36,930 nucleotides of DNA, taken from the UHGV virus genome UHGV-0464415; one strand, given 5' to 3'. The DNA comes from a virus. Made by a program: the position numbers and the translations under genes. Positions 17,606-26,089 of the stretch are shown one piece after another. Within the stretch, counting starts at the first letter, position 1, and every line of letters begins with the position of its first letter. Below the pieces are notes generated by a model, which saw only the letters and a program-made list of their open reading frames with translations, made no database searches and had not been told where the DNA came from.

Positions 17606-18112
17606 CTATGAAACTGCAATCCAATCAACTGCCGGAGCAAACTTGATATCCGCATTATTATAGAATCTGAGGTCAAAACCAGTAGCAGTAATGTTGTGAA
17701 CAGTCATTGTGAGTAGTCCATATTTTATACTAGTGGAATTTGAGAACAATGTAGCCACAACATTAGGTGTTGAAGAGAATTGTTTTGGAAAAGTATAATG
17801 TTTTGATGTTATTTCTCCAGGTGGTAATTCGATAACAGTTGTGCGTCCACGTTGTATGTTCGCATTTGTTAGTACATCCGAAATACTCCAATTATTATTA
17901 TATTTACCAAATCTTAAACGTCCATCTGCATTTAAAAAGATACGATATATAGTGCCATCGTCCTTATTCAGAGATATTCCTGCATTTCCATCCGCAAAAC
18001 CTTGGATTTTAAGTAGACTATTTTCTAGTTCATCCTTTATACAAATAGATAATGGATAACCATTTGCTAAATTGCTATTTATATAAGGAAAGATTAAAAT
18101 TGTGTAAATTAT
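17606..18112 (-). CDS. Silent (start-less) alternative fibre C-terminal cassette 2 with an H-type lectin domain. 168 codons stop-to-stop, no ATG/GTG/TTG start. Begins 12 nt after the repressor stop on the same strand.
   Basis: Hand translation of the minus strand: ...FPYINSNLANGYPLSICIKDELENSLLKIQGFADGNAGISLNKDDGTIYRIFLNADGRLRFGKYNNNWSISDVL...YTFPKQFSSTPNVVATLFSNSTSIKYGLLTMTVHNITATGFDLRFYNNADIKFAPAVDWIAVS*. The C-terminal 65 aa closely match the H-type lectin pattern. Not in the ORF track because it lacks a start codon. Confidence 0.55.
   Translation of the reverse strand: MIYTILIFPYINSNLANGYPLSICIKDELENSLLKIQGFADGNAGISLNKDDGTIYRIFLNADGRLRFGKYNNNWSISDVLTNANIQRGRTTVIELPPGEITSKHYTFPKQFSSTPNVVATLFSNSTSIKYGLLTMTVHNITATGFDLRFYNNADIKFAPAVDWIAVS
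18069..18080 (-). repeat. Inverted copy of core 12-mer (site C2) at the 5' end of cassette 2. Encodes INSNLA.
   Basis: Plus strand reads AAATTGCTATTT. On the minus strand the 14-mer AAATAGCAATTTAG is identical to fibre 704-717. Confidence 0.6.
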
Positions 18113-18123
18113 TTAAACTGGTA

Positions 18124-18531
18124 TCATAATGGGTAACAAACAGCAAAAATACACTGTATACAAAGGACTTCACACTTTTGTGAAAAATAATTAATAGCAT
18201 CGTGCCTTTTTTGGGGGTCAATACTAAAATATAATTTTAAAATCCGCAAATCCTGTTCATTCATACCTCTCTCTTTTGCAAATTGGTCAAGACTAAAAGT
18301 GCTTGGCTGAATAAACATTGGTTCAATGCCATCTAAAATCCATGCTTCGCTCACATTAAATTCCTTACACATTAAACGAATGAGAGATAGTTTTTGCTCT
18401 GGCCTTGCAAGAGCATTACGTTCTATGTTATTAATGACAGAACGGCTTACACCAAGGCGTTCGCCAAAAGCTTCTTGAGATAAATTCAGATGATTTTTTC
18501 TCAATTCTTTGATTCTTTCGTGCATTTCCAT
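18124..18531 (-). CDS. XRE-family HTH repressor (CI-like), ~135 aa.
   Basis: HTH_3 motif LSQEAFGERLGVSRSVINNIERN. RBS AGGTAGGTG upstream of ATG 18531 (the ORF track starts at an upstream GTG/ATT, 18540). Divergent from the early operon. Confidence 0.7.
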   Translation of the reverse strand: MEMHERIKELRKNHLNLSQEAFGERLGVSRSVINNIERNALARPEQKLSLIRLMCKEFNVSEAWILDGIEPMFIQPSTFSLDQFAKERGMNEQDLRILKLYFSIDPQKRHDAINYFSQKCEVLCIQCIFAVCYPL

Positions 18532-18566
18532 TGTTATCACCTACCTTTCAATATAAGTATAATTTG

Positions 18567-18595
18567 AGTATATAACAACAAAATGGCTTAGTCAA
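18567..18595 (-). promoter_or_regulatory. Putative sigma-A promoter for the repressor: -35 TTGACT, 17-nt spacer, -10 TATACT.
   Basis: Read on the minus strand: ttgact-aagccattttgttgtta-tatact, about 30 nt upstream of the repressor RBS. Confidence 0.4.
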
Positions 18596-18677
18596 GTCAA
18601 AATAATACACTTTTTTCCATAAATCACTTGACAAAGCCAAAATAAAGATATAAAATGACTTTATAAAGTCAAAATAA
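18596..18677. promoter_or_regulatory. Three operator-like direct repeats G(T/C)CAAAATAA at 18596-18605, 18636-18645 and 18668-18677, overlapping the divergent promoters.
   Basis: Seen directly: gtcaaaataa, gccaaaataa, gtcaaaataa at about 40 and 32 bp spacing within the repressor/early intergenic region. Confidence 0.4.
18628..18656 (+). promoter_or_regulatory. Putative early promoter: -35 TTGACA, 17-nt spacer, -10 TAAAAT.
   Basis: TTGACA 18628-18633, TAAAAT 18651-18656, about 100 nt upstream of the first + strand early gene. Confidence 0.45.
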
Positions 18678-18758
18678 AATGGAACGTGAATTTATCAACC
18701 CAGAAAGGAGGGAATAGAGTCTAACACCAAGGGATAACCCAAGAAAGGAGAACAAAGA

Positions 18759-19028
18759 ATGGTAATCGAACCAAAACGTTACAAAGAGACTGTAGAGGAA
18801 ATAGTGAATAGGAGAGCAGAAGAGGCCAAAGAACAAAAGATAATGCTGGAAAAGATTCATAATTCAAGGAAACTATTAACAGAATCATTACAGAGATATA
18901 CAGACGGCTCCACGACATCTGATGACCTGTTGAAAGACTTAATCAAAGTATTAGATAAATACGGAATAAGAGATACAACAAGGCTGAGAGAGACCATGGA
19001 GTGTCTGTATATCCTGTTGACGGTTTAA
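18759..19028 (+). CDS. Hypothetical early protein, 89 aa, charged and helical.
   Basis: RBS AAAGGAG 7 nt upstream. First gene downstream of the early promoter. No HTH evident. Confidence 0.45.
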   Translation: MVIEPKRYKETVEEIVNRRAEEAKEQKIMLEKIHNSRKLLTESLQRYTDGSTTSDDLLKDLIKVLDKYGIRDTTRLRETMECLYILLTV

Positions 19029-19234
19029 TCGTACTTCACAGAAAATTTGCCACAAACACCTTCAGCAGAGCGCTTATTTATTTCTGCATCAATTTCCAGA
19101 ATCCGATTTTCCACATCAAAAATAAGTTCACTGATTTCTGGGGTAATAGCAGCGCCGCATGGGCAAGTGGAAAAATCGTGAATAGATTTTAAGTGATGTT
19201 TTTTTTCGCAAGCCGTACAAACCAATGTAACCAT
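19025..19234 (-). CDS. Possible antisense-encoded zinc-ribbon protein, 69 aa (CxxC...CPC).
   Basis: ORF on the minus strand inside the + strand early operon. Weak RBS AAGGGAT. Cys pairs MVTLVCTACEKK...STCPCG. Confidence 0.3.
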   Translation of the reverse strand: MVTLVCTACEKKHHLKSIHDFSTCPCGAAITPEISELIFDVENRILEIDAEINKRSAEGVCGKFSVKYD

Positions 19235-19333
19235 ATGATATCCCTTTTTCTTTTGTACTCAGCCCTGGCGGGGGCCTGTAAGTACATTATAGGATGGGAG
19301 GGGAGAAAACACAAGAAGGAAGGAGGGAATCAC

Positions 19334-19504
19334 ATGTCATCAGATAATAAGAGTCAATCAGAGGTGTTGCTAAGTAGTGATTGTAAGCCGGAAGCCGAGG
19401 AAATGGCTCAGTTGCTTGCCGAAATCAACCCAGGAAATAAAAACAACCTTGAAATGTTTTTAAAGGCAGTTGATTTCATAGATACATGGAAGAAACCAGC
19501 TTGA
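19334..19504 (+). CDS. Small hypothetical protein, 56 aa.
   Basis: RBS AGGAAGGAGGGAAT then ATG 19334. The ORF track frame 19193..19504 has its upstream part overlapping the minus ORF. Confidence 0.4.
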   Translation: MSSDNKSQSEVLLSSDCKPEAEEMAQLLAEINPGNKNNLEMFLKAVDFIDTWKKPA

Positions 19505-19517
19505 GGAGGGGAGGTAG

Positions 19518-19748
19518 ATGCATGCCAATAGGATAAGGACTGAAACTGCGGCAAAGATTATCGGAGTTACATCCCCTTTTGTAGTGGAAAAGATGCGTAG
19601 AGGGGAGTGGGACTTGGGAGAACTGAAAAGAGGATGTAGACGTGACACAGCATACATTTTTGCGAATAAGTTAGCTAAACACGTTGAAAGGAGTCTTGCA
19701 GAAATAGATGCTGCGGTAGAGGAAATAGAAGGGAAGGGATTAGAATGA
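19518..19748 (+). CDS. HTH DNA-binding protein (Cro / excisionase-like), 76 aa.
   Basis: RBS GAGGAGGGGAGG. Motif AAKIIGVTSPFVVEKMRRGE is typical of a helix-turn-helix. Confidence 0.5.
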   Translation: MHANRIRTETAAKIIGVTSPFVVEKMRRGEWDLGELKRGCRRDTAYIFANKLAKHVERSLAEIDAAVEEIEGKGLE

Positions 19749-19888
19749 AGGACCCACAATTTTGGAGGACAATGTACAAGGAAGCAGACAAGGAAGCAGA
19801 GTACTGGAAATGCTGGAGCAATGTGTATCTGTTCCTTCTGGTGATTGCCACACTGGTTATCATATATCTGATGGCAGGAAGGGGATAG
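19745..19888 (+). CDS. Possible 47-aa membrane peptide (MKDPQFWRTMYKEADKEAEYWKCWSNVYLFLLVIATLVIIYLMAGRG).
   Basis: ATGA overlap with the upstream stop. C-terminal hydrophobic helix. Below the ORF-track length cutoff; speculative. Confidence 0.25.
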   Translation: MKDPQFWRTMYKEADKEAEYWKCWSNVYLFLLVIATLVIIYLMAGRG

Positions 19889-19890
19889 GA

Positions 19891-20061
19891 ATGAAGGACA
19901 GATACATTTGCGAATTTTGCAAAGGAAGATTGGATCCGGGAGAAAAGTGCGATTGCCAGAGACTCAAAGGACGGACATACACGAGGATTGAGGGGGCCGG
20001 ATATAAGCCAGCATTAATCCGGCCAGTATCTGAGTATCACAATAAAAAACCGGCTGAATAG
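19891..20061 (+). CDS. Small Cys-rich protein, 56 aa (CEFCKG...CDC).
   Basis: RBS AGGAAGGGGATAGGA then ATG 19891. Inner start of ORF 19762..20061. Confidence 0.35.
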   Translation: MKDRYICEFCKGRLDPGEKCDCQRLKGRTYTRIEGAGYKPALIRPVSEYHNKKPAE

Positions 20062-20166
20062 ATAAGGCTATCCAGCCGGAGCACTGGGGAGGGTACCCCA
20101 AATGTACCTGTGCATCTTTAGTATAGAGGATGCAGCTGTAAAAATCAAGAAGATTTGGAGGCTGAA

Positions 20167-20730
20167 ATGGAAAGTATAACAAAGAATCCGGTGCAAATGA
20201 AGGAAGTAGAAGCATTTAGGAAATCCCTCAAGAGAGGGGACAAGCTTATATACCTGGAAGAGGCACCCAGGGATGACGGGATAAAGGGCCGGGCCATCAT
20301 TAAACGGGTGATGGAGGTCGACAAGGTACATAAATACACCATTGATTTGGTGTCAGGTAAGCTAAAGCGGAATGTAGCCATAAAAGTAGCTTACATATGC
20401 AATGTAAGAAGACATATGGCAGAATCCGATAGGAAAGCCAGAGAGGCCAGATGTAAGATGGTATCTGATATGGAAAGACGTGGTATGACTGTGGAGGAGA
20501 TATCACAGCAGACAGGATACAGTAAGTGTGCGGTACGGAATATACAGAGGGCGAATGAGGATACAGTAAAAAAGCGGGATAAGCGTAATGCAGAAATCAT
20601 ACGCCTTCGAAAAGCAGGGAAAAAGGTAAAGGAGGTTGCAGAACAATTAGGATGCAGCCAGAACCTTGTGAGCGGAGTGTACAAGCGGTATATGGAAACG
20701 GAGAAGAAAGATGTTGGAAAATTATCGTAA
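20167..20730 (+). CDS. Putative transcriptional regulator with two C-terminal HTH units. Possible late-gene activator.
   Basis: RBS GGAGG 5 nt before ATG 20167. HTH-like MTVEEISQQTGYSKCAVRNIQR and KKVKEVAEQLGCSQNLVSGVYKR. Confidence 0.45.
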   Translation: MESITKNPVQMKEVEAFRKSLKRGDKLIYLEEAPRDDGIKGRAIIKRVMEVDKVHKYTIDLVSGKLKRNVAIKVAYICNVRRHMAESDRKAREARCKMVSDMERRGMTVEEISQQTGYSKCAVRNIQRANEDTVKKRDKRNAEIIRLRKAGKKVKEVAEQLGCSQNLVSGVYKRYMETEKKDVGKLS

Positions 20731-21022
20731 ATTATTTGATGCATATTTGAGGCTATGCAAAAGGGCGTATGACCCAGAGAAACCATATGAAAATCTGGAT
20801 GAGTGTATCAAGCGGTGTAAGCATTCCGAGTGGAAACTGTACGGAATGGTGGAATTATTACATGAAGCTGGAATCATCACCAGTGAGCAGGAACTAATAG
20901 AATATGAAAGAATTACCAGAACATTCAGCACAGTCAGATTGTGCGGAGCCTATGAAGAAGATGGGGAGATAATGGCGATTGCAAGAAAAATGCCCATGCC
21001 AGAGGATCCGCATGAATTTTAG
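20711..21022 (+). CDS. Hypothetical protein, 103 aa.
   Basis: ORF with coding periodicity. Overlaps the upstream gene end. No motif recognised. Confidence 0.4.
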   Translation: MLENYRKLFDAYLRLCKRAYDPEKPYENLDECIKRCKHSEWKLYGMVELLHEAGIITSEQELIEYERITRTFSTVRLCGAYEEDGEIMAIARKMPMPEDPHEF

Positions 21023-21031
21023 GGAGGAACC

Positions 21032-21802
21032 ATGAAGATTATCAGCATCATAAATTTAAAGGGCGGTGTAGGAAAGACTATGACAGCCCTACAAATGGGG
21101 CATATCCTGCATCATAGGCACGGATACCGTGTGCTGTTGGTGGACAATGATAAGCAGGGCAATCTGAGCCGCGCAATGAGGGTATATGAAAGCGGGGGTA
21201 GATGTCAAACAGCGCGCCTCCTGACAGGGGAATCCATTGGGGCAATGAATATCTATACGGATACCCCAGGACTGGGAACAGTTAACGCCAACATGTCACT
21301 ACTGACAGCTACATACCGCCTGGTATCAGGCCAGGGAAGCCATGTAGCACGTAGGTTTGACTGCCTCAAAAGCGCAAAAGCCGAGGACGGGGAACCATAT
21401 GATTATGTGATTATAGACAATCCTCCTGACCTGGGGCTTAATGTCATCAATGCCCTAATGGTCACCGATGATGTGATAGTACCGACCAGGATAGACAAGT
21501 GGGCATTGGAGGGGATGGAAACCATCCAGGAACAGATTCAGGATATCAAGAGATATAACCGTAGGATATCCGCCCCAAAAGTACTCGTGACCATGTATAA
21601 AAATGATGAAGTCAACACAGCAGGCGTGGAGTGGCTTGAAGAACGGGGATATGGGATGTTTGATGCCAGGATAAGATATAGCAGTAAGGTGGCTGAAAGT
21701 ACCCTATTTGGGTTGAATCTGGAGGAATACAGCCCAAGAAGCGCGGCAGAGGTAAGCTACAGGAAATTTGTTAAAGAATATTTGGGGGAGAAAGAAAAAT
21801 GA
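21032..21802 (+). CDS. parA: ParA/Soj-type partition ATPase.
   Basis: RBS AGGGAGGAA. Deviant Walker A KGGVGKT at the N-terminus (IINLKGGVGKTMTA), plus DNDKQGN and IIDNPPD motifs. Confidence 0.8.
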   Translation: MKIISIINLKGGVGKTMTALQMGHILHHRHGYRVLLVDNDKQGNLSRAMRVYESGGRCQTARLLTGESIGAMNIYTDTPGLGTVNANMSLLTATYRLVSGQGSHVARRFDCLKSAKAEDGEPYDYVIIDNPPDLGLNVINALMVTDDVIVPTRIDKWALEGMETIQEQIQDIKRYNRRISAPKVLVTMYKNDEVNTAGVEWLEERGYGMFDARIRYSSKVAESTLFGLNLEEYSPRSAAEVSYRKFVKEYLGEKEK

Positions 21803-22110
21803 AAGGAATAGTCACGGAATACAACGATTATTGTCTGTTCTGCGGAAAGCCAACGGAAGCCAATCATCACCTGATATACGGAAAAGGAAACAGGACACTG
21901 GCAGAAAAGGATGGAATCAAGATACCTTGCTGCAATGATTGCCATAACATGGGGGACATCCTGAACCGTATCCATGGTAACCCAATGGCAGAAGCCATGT
22001 CCAAGATGATGGGGCAGCTGGCCTGGGAAAAGAAGGCCATTGCAAAAGGAATGAAAGAAGATGAAGCAAGGGAAGCTTTCCGGGCGAGATACGGTGAAAG
22101 CTATCTATAG
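21799..22110 (+). CDS. HNH-type endonuclease-like zinc-binding protein, 103 aa.
   Basis: CLFCGK...ANHHLIYGKGN...CCNDCHN matches the Cys-x2-Cys...HH...N...Cys-x2-Cys-His HNH arrangement. ATGA overlap with parA. Confidence 0.45.
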   Translation: MKGIVTEYNDYCLFCGKPTEANHHLIYGKGNRTLAEKDGIKIPCCNDCHNMGDILNRIHGNPMAEAMSKMMGQLAWEKKAIAKGMKEDEAREAFRARYGESYL

Positions 22111-22119
22111 GAGGCAGAA

Positions 22120-23124
22120 ATGGCAAGATGGTCATTTATGGAACTGTTAAACACAGAATCAGATCAAACAGATTATGAGGAGATATATCTAAGCCCATAT
22201 GATGTAGTCCCATCGGAAAGTAATTTCTATAGTCAGGAAAACATAGAAGAACTGGCAGATTCCATAGTTGCCGTGGGACAGCAACAGCCTACAGTCTTAG
22301 GCCGCATAGACGGAGAGTACAGGATTATCAGCGGACATAGGAGAAACCTGGCAAACATACATAACATCGAGTGTGGGTCCATGCCAAGGGACTATAAGGT
22401 CAGGTATCTGTACAAGGATATGTCCCCGGCTATGTTTGAACTGTCCCTGATTGTGGGAAATGCCTTTAACCGCAAATTATCCCCATACGAAGAGACTGAG
22501 CAGGCGGCACGGCTAAAATCGGCCCTCATACGGGCTAGGGACGAGGATGGATTGGAAATCAAGGGGAAGTTGCGGGATGTGATTGCAGATATCCTGCAAA
22601 CCAGCAAAACGCAGGTTGCCAGGATGGATAAAATCAATGCAAGCCTGGTGCCGGAGGCAAAGGAACAGTTCCGGGAAGGTAATATAGGAAAATCGGCCGC
22701 CTATGAAATATCCAAACTCCCAGTGGAAGAGCAGAAGGAAATAGCGGCGGCCTCAGTCAATGAAAAAGTTGCACATAAGGAAATTGCCGAACGGGTTAAG
22801 GAACGGAAGGAAATTAAAGCCGCTGAAAAAGCAGCAGAGCGGGCAGAGAAAGCGGCAAAGAAAGCAGAAGAGGCCCAGACGGTAGCGGCGCAGGCCAGCC
22901 TAAAAGCGGAGCGTGCGGCAGAAAGTGCAGATATGAGCGTTTTTGGGGAAAATGTAATGAATCAGCCGGAGGAAGAATCTCAGGAATGGTCCACAAAGGA
23001 TAAGGCCACCTATATGCTAAGAGAATTGTTACTGGTTGTAAGTCGTATCACCGAGGATGACATACTTGTGCTACAGGACATTCTGATGTCTGCAAATGCC
23101 AGTTTAGCGGAGGATGAAGGATGA
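22120..23124 (+). CDS. parB: ParB-like nuclease/partition domain protein with a C-terminal charged coiled coil.
   Basis: RBS GGAGG 6 nt upstream. ParB N-terminal motif VGQQQPTVLGRIDGEYRIISGHRRNLA. A/E/K-rich tail. Confidence 0.7.
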   Translation: MARWSFMELLNTESDQTDYEEIYLSPYDVVPSESNFYSQENIEELADSIVAVGQQQPTVLGRIDGEYRIISGHRRNLANIHNIECGSMPRDYKVRYLYKDMSPAMFELSLIVGNAFNRKLSPYEETEQAARLKSALIRARDEDGLEIKGKLRDVIADILQTSKTQVARMDKINASLVPEAKEQFREGNIGKSAAYEISKLPVEEQKEIAAASVNEKVAHKEIAERVKERKEIKAAEKAAERAEKAAKKAEEAQTVAAQASLKAERAAESADMSVFGENVMNQPEEESQEWSTKDKATYMLRELLLVVSRITEDDILVLQDILMSANASLAEDEG

Positions 23125-23327
23125 CACTATATATGGCAGTAACGGCAGACCGGTATGAGTTACCCGTGGCTGTAGAAAGCAATGTGGAATATCTGGCAAG
23201 TAAGATGGGGACCACAGCGAACAATATATATTCACAGATATCCCACAGGAACCGGGCGCGTAAAACCAAGAGGAAATATGAAAGCCATACAGGCGGGATA
23301 AAGTTTGTGCGCGTAATGATAGATTAA
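23121..23327 (+). CDS. Hypothetical protein, 68 aa.
   Basis: ATGA overlap with the parB stop. Confidence 0.35.
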   Translation: MTLYMAVTADRYELPVAVESNVEYLASKMGTTANNIYSQISHRNRARKTKRKYESHTGGIKFVRVMID

Positions 23328-23359
23328 ACACGTATTTAGCGGATTAAGAAGGTGATAAA

Positions 23360-23851
23360 TTGCTGGAGTTAGTTCCGATAAGTTTAAAAGAAGCAAATAA
23401 ATTTGTAGAGCAGCACCATCGGCATCATAAGCCTGTTATTGGACATAAGTTTTCAGTAGCAGCAGCAGTGCATGGTGAGATTGTGGGAGTTGCCATCGTG
23501 GGCCGTCCGGTGAGTCGGTATCTGGATGATGGATGGACATTGGAAGTCAACCGGCTATGCACGGATGGTACACATAATGCTTGCAGTTTTCTTTATGCCG
23601 CTGCATGGCGCGCTTCCAGGAACATGGGATATAAGCGTCTGGTTACCTACATACTGGATACCGAAACAGGGACAAGTCTAACAGCAGCAGGATGGAGATG
23701 TGTTGGAAAAGCTGGTGGGAAGCGTTGGACTGGCGAGCGGCGCCCAGAGGTAGATTTATATCCAGCGCAGATGAAACTTAGATTTGAGATTGGAGATGGT
23801 AATAATGAAGTGTGTACTGAAATATCCAGGAGCAAAGAACCGTATTGCTGA
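23360..23851 (+). CDS. Conserved phage protein, 163 aa (possibly GNAT-like fold), of a type often found beside phage DNA methylases. TTG start.
   Basis: RBS AAGAAGGTGA 4 nt before TTG. HHRHHKP...GHKF...IVG motif recalled from phage proteins that sit next to methyltransferases. Function uncertain. Confidence 0.4.
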   Translation: MLELVPISLKEANKFVEQHHRHHKPVIGHKFSVAAAVHGEIVGVAIVGRPVSRYLDDGWTLEVNRLCTDGTHNACSFLYAAAWRASRNMGYKRLVTYILDTETGTSLTAAGWRCVGKAGGKRWTGERRPEVDLYPAQMKLRFEIGDGNNEVCTEISRSKEPYC

Positions 23852-24602
23852 CTGGATATGCGGATATATACCGCCACATGAAGTATACCTGGAACCCTAC
23901 TTTGGCAGTGGGGCGGTGTTTTTTAATAAAACTCCGGCCAGAATCGAAACAGTGAATGACCTGGATGGGAATGTGGTCAACTACTTTAGGGTTATCCGGG
24001 AGAGGCCACAGGAGTTGATGACCCAACTGGAGATGACGCCATATAGTAGGGATGAATATTATGGTTCCCGTGAAAATTTAGATAAGGATACGGAAATAGA
24101 AAGGGCAAGAAAGTTTGCGGTACGGTGTTGGATGGGGTATGGGGCCAGTAACTCCTATTTCAGTGGATTCAGGAGTAGCCAACAAACCAGAAGCCCTTAT
24201 ACCACAAAAGAATGGAGAAATTTGCCGGAGAGATTATTGGCAGCTGGGGAACGTTTAAAGAATGCGCAGATTGAGAATCTACCAGCAATAGAACTGATTA
24301 GACGGTATGATACGCCGGATGTATTTATGTATGTTGACCCTCCTTACTTACATGGGACACGGAAAAATTATCTTTACCGGTATGAGATGGAAGACAATGA
24401 ACATATTGAACTGTTGGGACTGCTTGTGGAGCATCCAGGAAAGGTACTGCTATCTGGCTATGACAATGACCTGTATAACCAGATGCTTATTGGATGGAGG
24501 AAGGTTAGCAAGAAGACGCAGGCAGAGGCTGGGATACCCAGGGTTGAAACTTTGTGGATGAATTATGAGATAGGTCAGGTAGAGTTACCTTTGGGCCTGT
24601 AA
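23805..24602 (+). CDS. DNA N6-adenine methyltransferase, Dam-like (D12 class).
   Basis: N-terminal LKYPGAKNRIADWI...EPYFGSGAVFFNK (AdoMet binding) and catalytic DPPY (VDPPYLHG). RBS GGAGATGG. Confidence 0.8.
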   Translation: MKCVLKYPGAKNRIADWICGYIPPHEVYLEPYFGSGAVFFNKTPARIETVNDLDGNVVNYFRVIRERPQELMTQLEMTPYSRDEYYGSRENLDKDTEIERARKFAVRCWMGYGASNSYFSGFRSSQQTRSPYTTKEWRNLPERLLAAGERLKNAQIENLPAIELIRRYDTPDVFMYVDPPYLHGTRKNYLYRYEMEDNEHIELLGLLVEHPGKVLLSGYDNDLYNQMLIGWRKVSKKTQAEAGIPRVETLWMNYEIGQVELPLGL

Positions 24603-24621
24603 ATCGTTAAAGGAGAATGAG

Positions 24622-24744
24622 ATGAAGGAAAAAATTAAGGAATACATTGAGGACATGCTTGCTTACATATCTGCGGGCGTGTGGATTGGAGCGGGCTGTG
24701 CAGTAGGGTTCTGGGCAGTGACAGTTATGTATTTGGGACACTAA
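24622..24744 (+). CDS. Small membrane peptide, ~40 aa.
   Basis: RBS AAAGGAGAATGAG. Hydrophobic AGVWIGAGCAVGFWAVTVMYLG. Confidence 0.3.
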   Translation: MKEKIKEYIEDMLAYISAGVWIGAGCAVGFWAVTVMYLGH

Positions 24745-24768
24745 AATCGATGTTTGAGAAGGAAATTT

Positions 24769-24918
24769 ATGAATGATAAGCAGCGATTAATGATAGAGGG
24801 GATGGACAGGCTCCTTAGGAGATTTAATAAATATCCGAACGATAAAGAGTTTACCGTAGAAGAAATTATAGAAGTATCTAACGAAATATATGATGAAATC
24901 GTGAAAGAGGAGAATTAA
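24769..24918 (+). CDS. Small hypothetical protein, 49 aa.
   Basis: Short ORF with moderate RBS context. Confidence 0.25.
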   Translation: MNDKQRLMIEGMDRLLRRFNKYPNDKEFTVEEIIEVSNEIYDEIVKEEN

Positions 24919-24950
24919 CATTTTAACGGCGGAAAATCGGGAAGGAGCAG

Positions 24951-25101
24951 TATGTTTTTTTGCGAAATGTGCGGCAGCGGTGATTGTTGCGAAAGGACAG
25001 ATATACACGGCGGTCCTATATTATGCGATACATGCTACATGGAGGCTAAACAGGACCAGGAGGACAAAGACGCAATCGAGGAGATTTTTAAGGACAATTA
25101 G
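24951..25101 (+). CDS. Small zinc-ribbon protein, 50 aa (CEMCGSGDCC...CDTC).
   Basis: RBS GGGAAGGAG. Two Cys pairs. Confidence 0.3.
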
Positions 25102-25120
25102 GATTTGGAGGTAATTTGAA

Positions 25121-25336
25121 ATGTGCGCTTACTGCGAGCTGAAAGAAACAGGAACCTATGCGGGAAGTGATTTTTTGTGGGGCAGGGATTTAACAGGGGA
25201 GTATGCGGGAGAATTTAACATTGTGCAATCAAAGCATAATAAGAATCACTATCTAAAATACGCAGATGATGAATCAGAAAACACATCGGAGCCTATTCAT
25301 TTTTGCCCTATGTGTGGGCGGAAATTAGATGACTAA
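25121..25336 (+). CDS. Zinc-ribbon protein, 71 aa (CAYC...CPMCG).
   Basis: RBS TGGAGGTAA. CxxC at both ends. Confidence 0.4.
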   Translation: MCAYCELKETGTYAGSDFLWGRDLTGEYAGEFNIVQSKHNKNHYLKYADDESENTSEPIHFCPMCGRKLDD

Positions 25337-25347
25337 ATTAGGACTTT

Positions 25348-25779
25348 ATGGTTAATGTATGCAAACGTGATGAAAATGTAAAACTTATTGCTCAATCCAT
25401 GAAATTACCTAATGGTGGAAACGCACAACTGGATGTCGGCAACAATCAAGAATATATATTACCATTTATCGGAGAACTACGCTCACTATTAAATGACAAT
25501 CAGGCAGAATTAGAAAAAGTACCTGATTTCAGAGAAGCCTTAGAACAATTTATGTTTGAAATGGAAGAAATGTCCGATTATCCTTGGATTGAATTGTTAT
25601 GGGAAAATGAAATAAAAACACGAAGTAACCGTGTTAAGTTTGTCTTTAATTACATGAATAAATCTTATTGTTTAATACAATATTACTATAGTAATGTGCT
25701 AATTGGAATGGAGCGAATGAATTATGTTATCGAATACATTGTCAATCATAGAAATGACGATACAACACAAAATGAATAA
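25348..25779 (+). CDS. Hypothetical protein, 143 aa. First gene of the AT-rich island.
   Basis: ORF in visibly AT-rich DNA. No motif. Confidence 0.4.
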   Translation: MVNVCKRDENVKLIAQSMKLPNGGNAQLDVGNNQEYILPFIGELRSLLNDNQAELEKVPDFREALEQFMFEMEEMSDYPWIELLWENEIKTRSNRVKFVFNYMNKSYCLIQYYYSNVLIGMERMNYVIEYIVNHRNDDTTQNE

Positions 25780-26089
25780 AAATATAGATAGCATTGCCTT
25801 AACTAATTTTTTCAAGAATTATAGAAAAAATATGTGGATTTATCCTGGCGTTTTGAAAAGAAAATTTTCCTTATCTATTCCTGAAATCTATGATTTTTTA
25901 TCTGAATTGGAAAAGCAAGGAATTTTGCAAAGTTATTATGAATTATATTGTAGTAATTGCCAAAAATCTATGGGGACAGTACGTTTGTTTAATGAGTTAC
26001 CTGAAACTTTTGAATGTGAACTCTGCCATAGCGAACTTTCCTCAATAGAAAATTCATTTTTAATATATATGGTGGTACGTGATGATTGA
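25724..26089 (+). CDS. Hypothetical protein, 121 aa, with a C-terminal CxxC...CxxC zinc-ribbon. The true start may be an internal ATG at 25754 or 25772.
   Basis: YCSNCQKS...CELCHSE. Overlaps the end of the upstream ORF. Confidence 0.35.
   Translation: MLSNTLSIIEMTIQHKMNKNIDSIALTNFFKNYRKNMWIYPGVLKRKFSLSIPEIYDFLSELEKQGILQSYYELYCSNCQKSMGTVRLFNELPETFECELCHSELSSIENSFLIYMVVRDD

Noticed and set aside
20155-20730. Possible Gin/Hin-type serine invertase, to explain the inversion sites
   Set aside because: The protein has HTH motifs but no N-terminal serine-recombinase catalytic domain (no …GY.RVST..Q… motif). The only recombinase present is the tyrosine recombinase at 27210.
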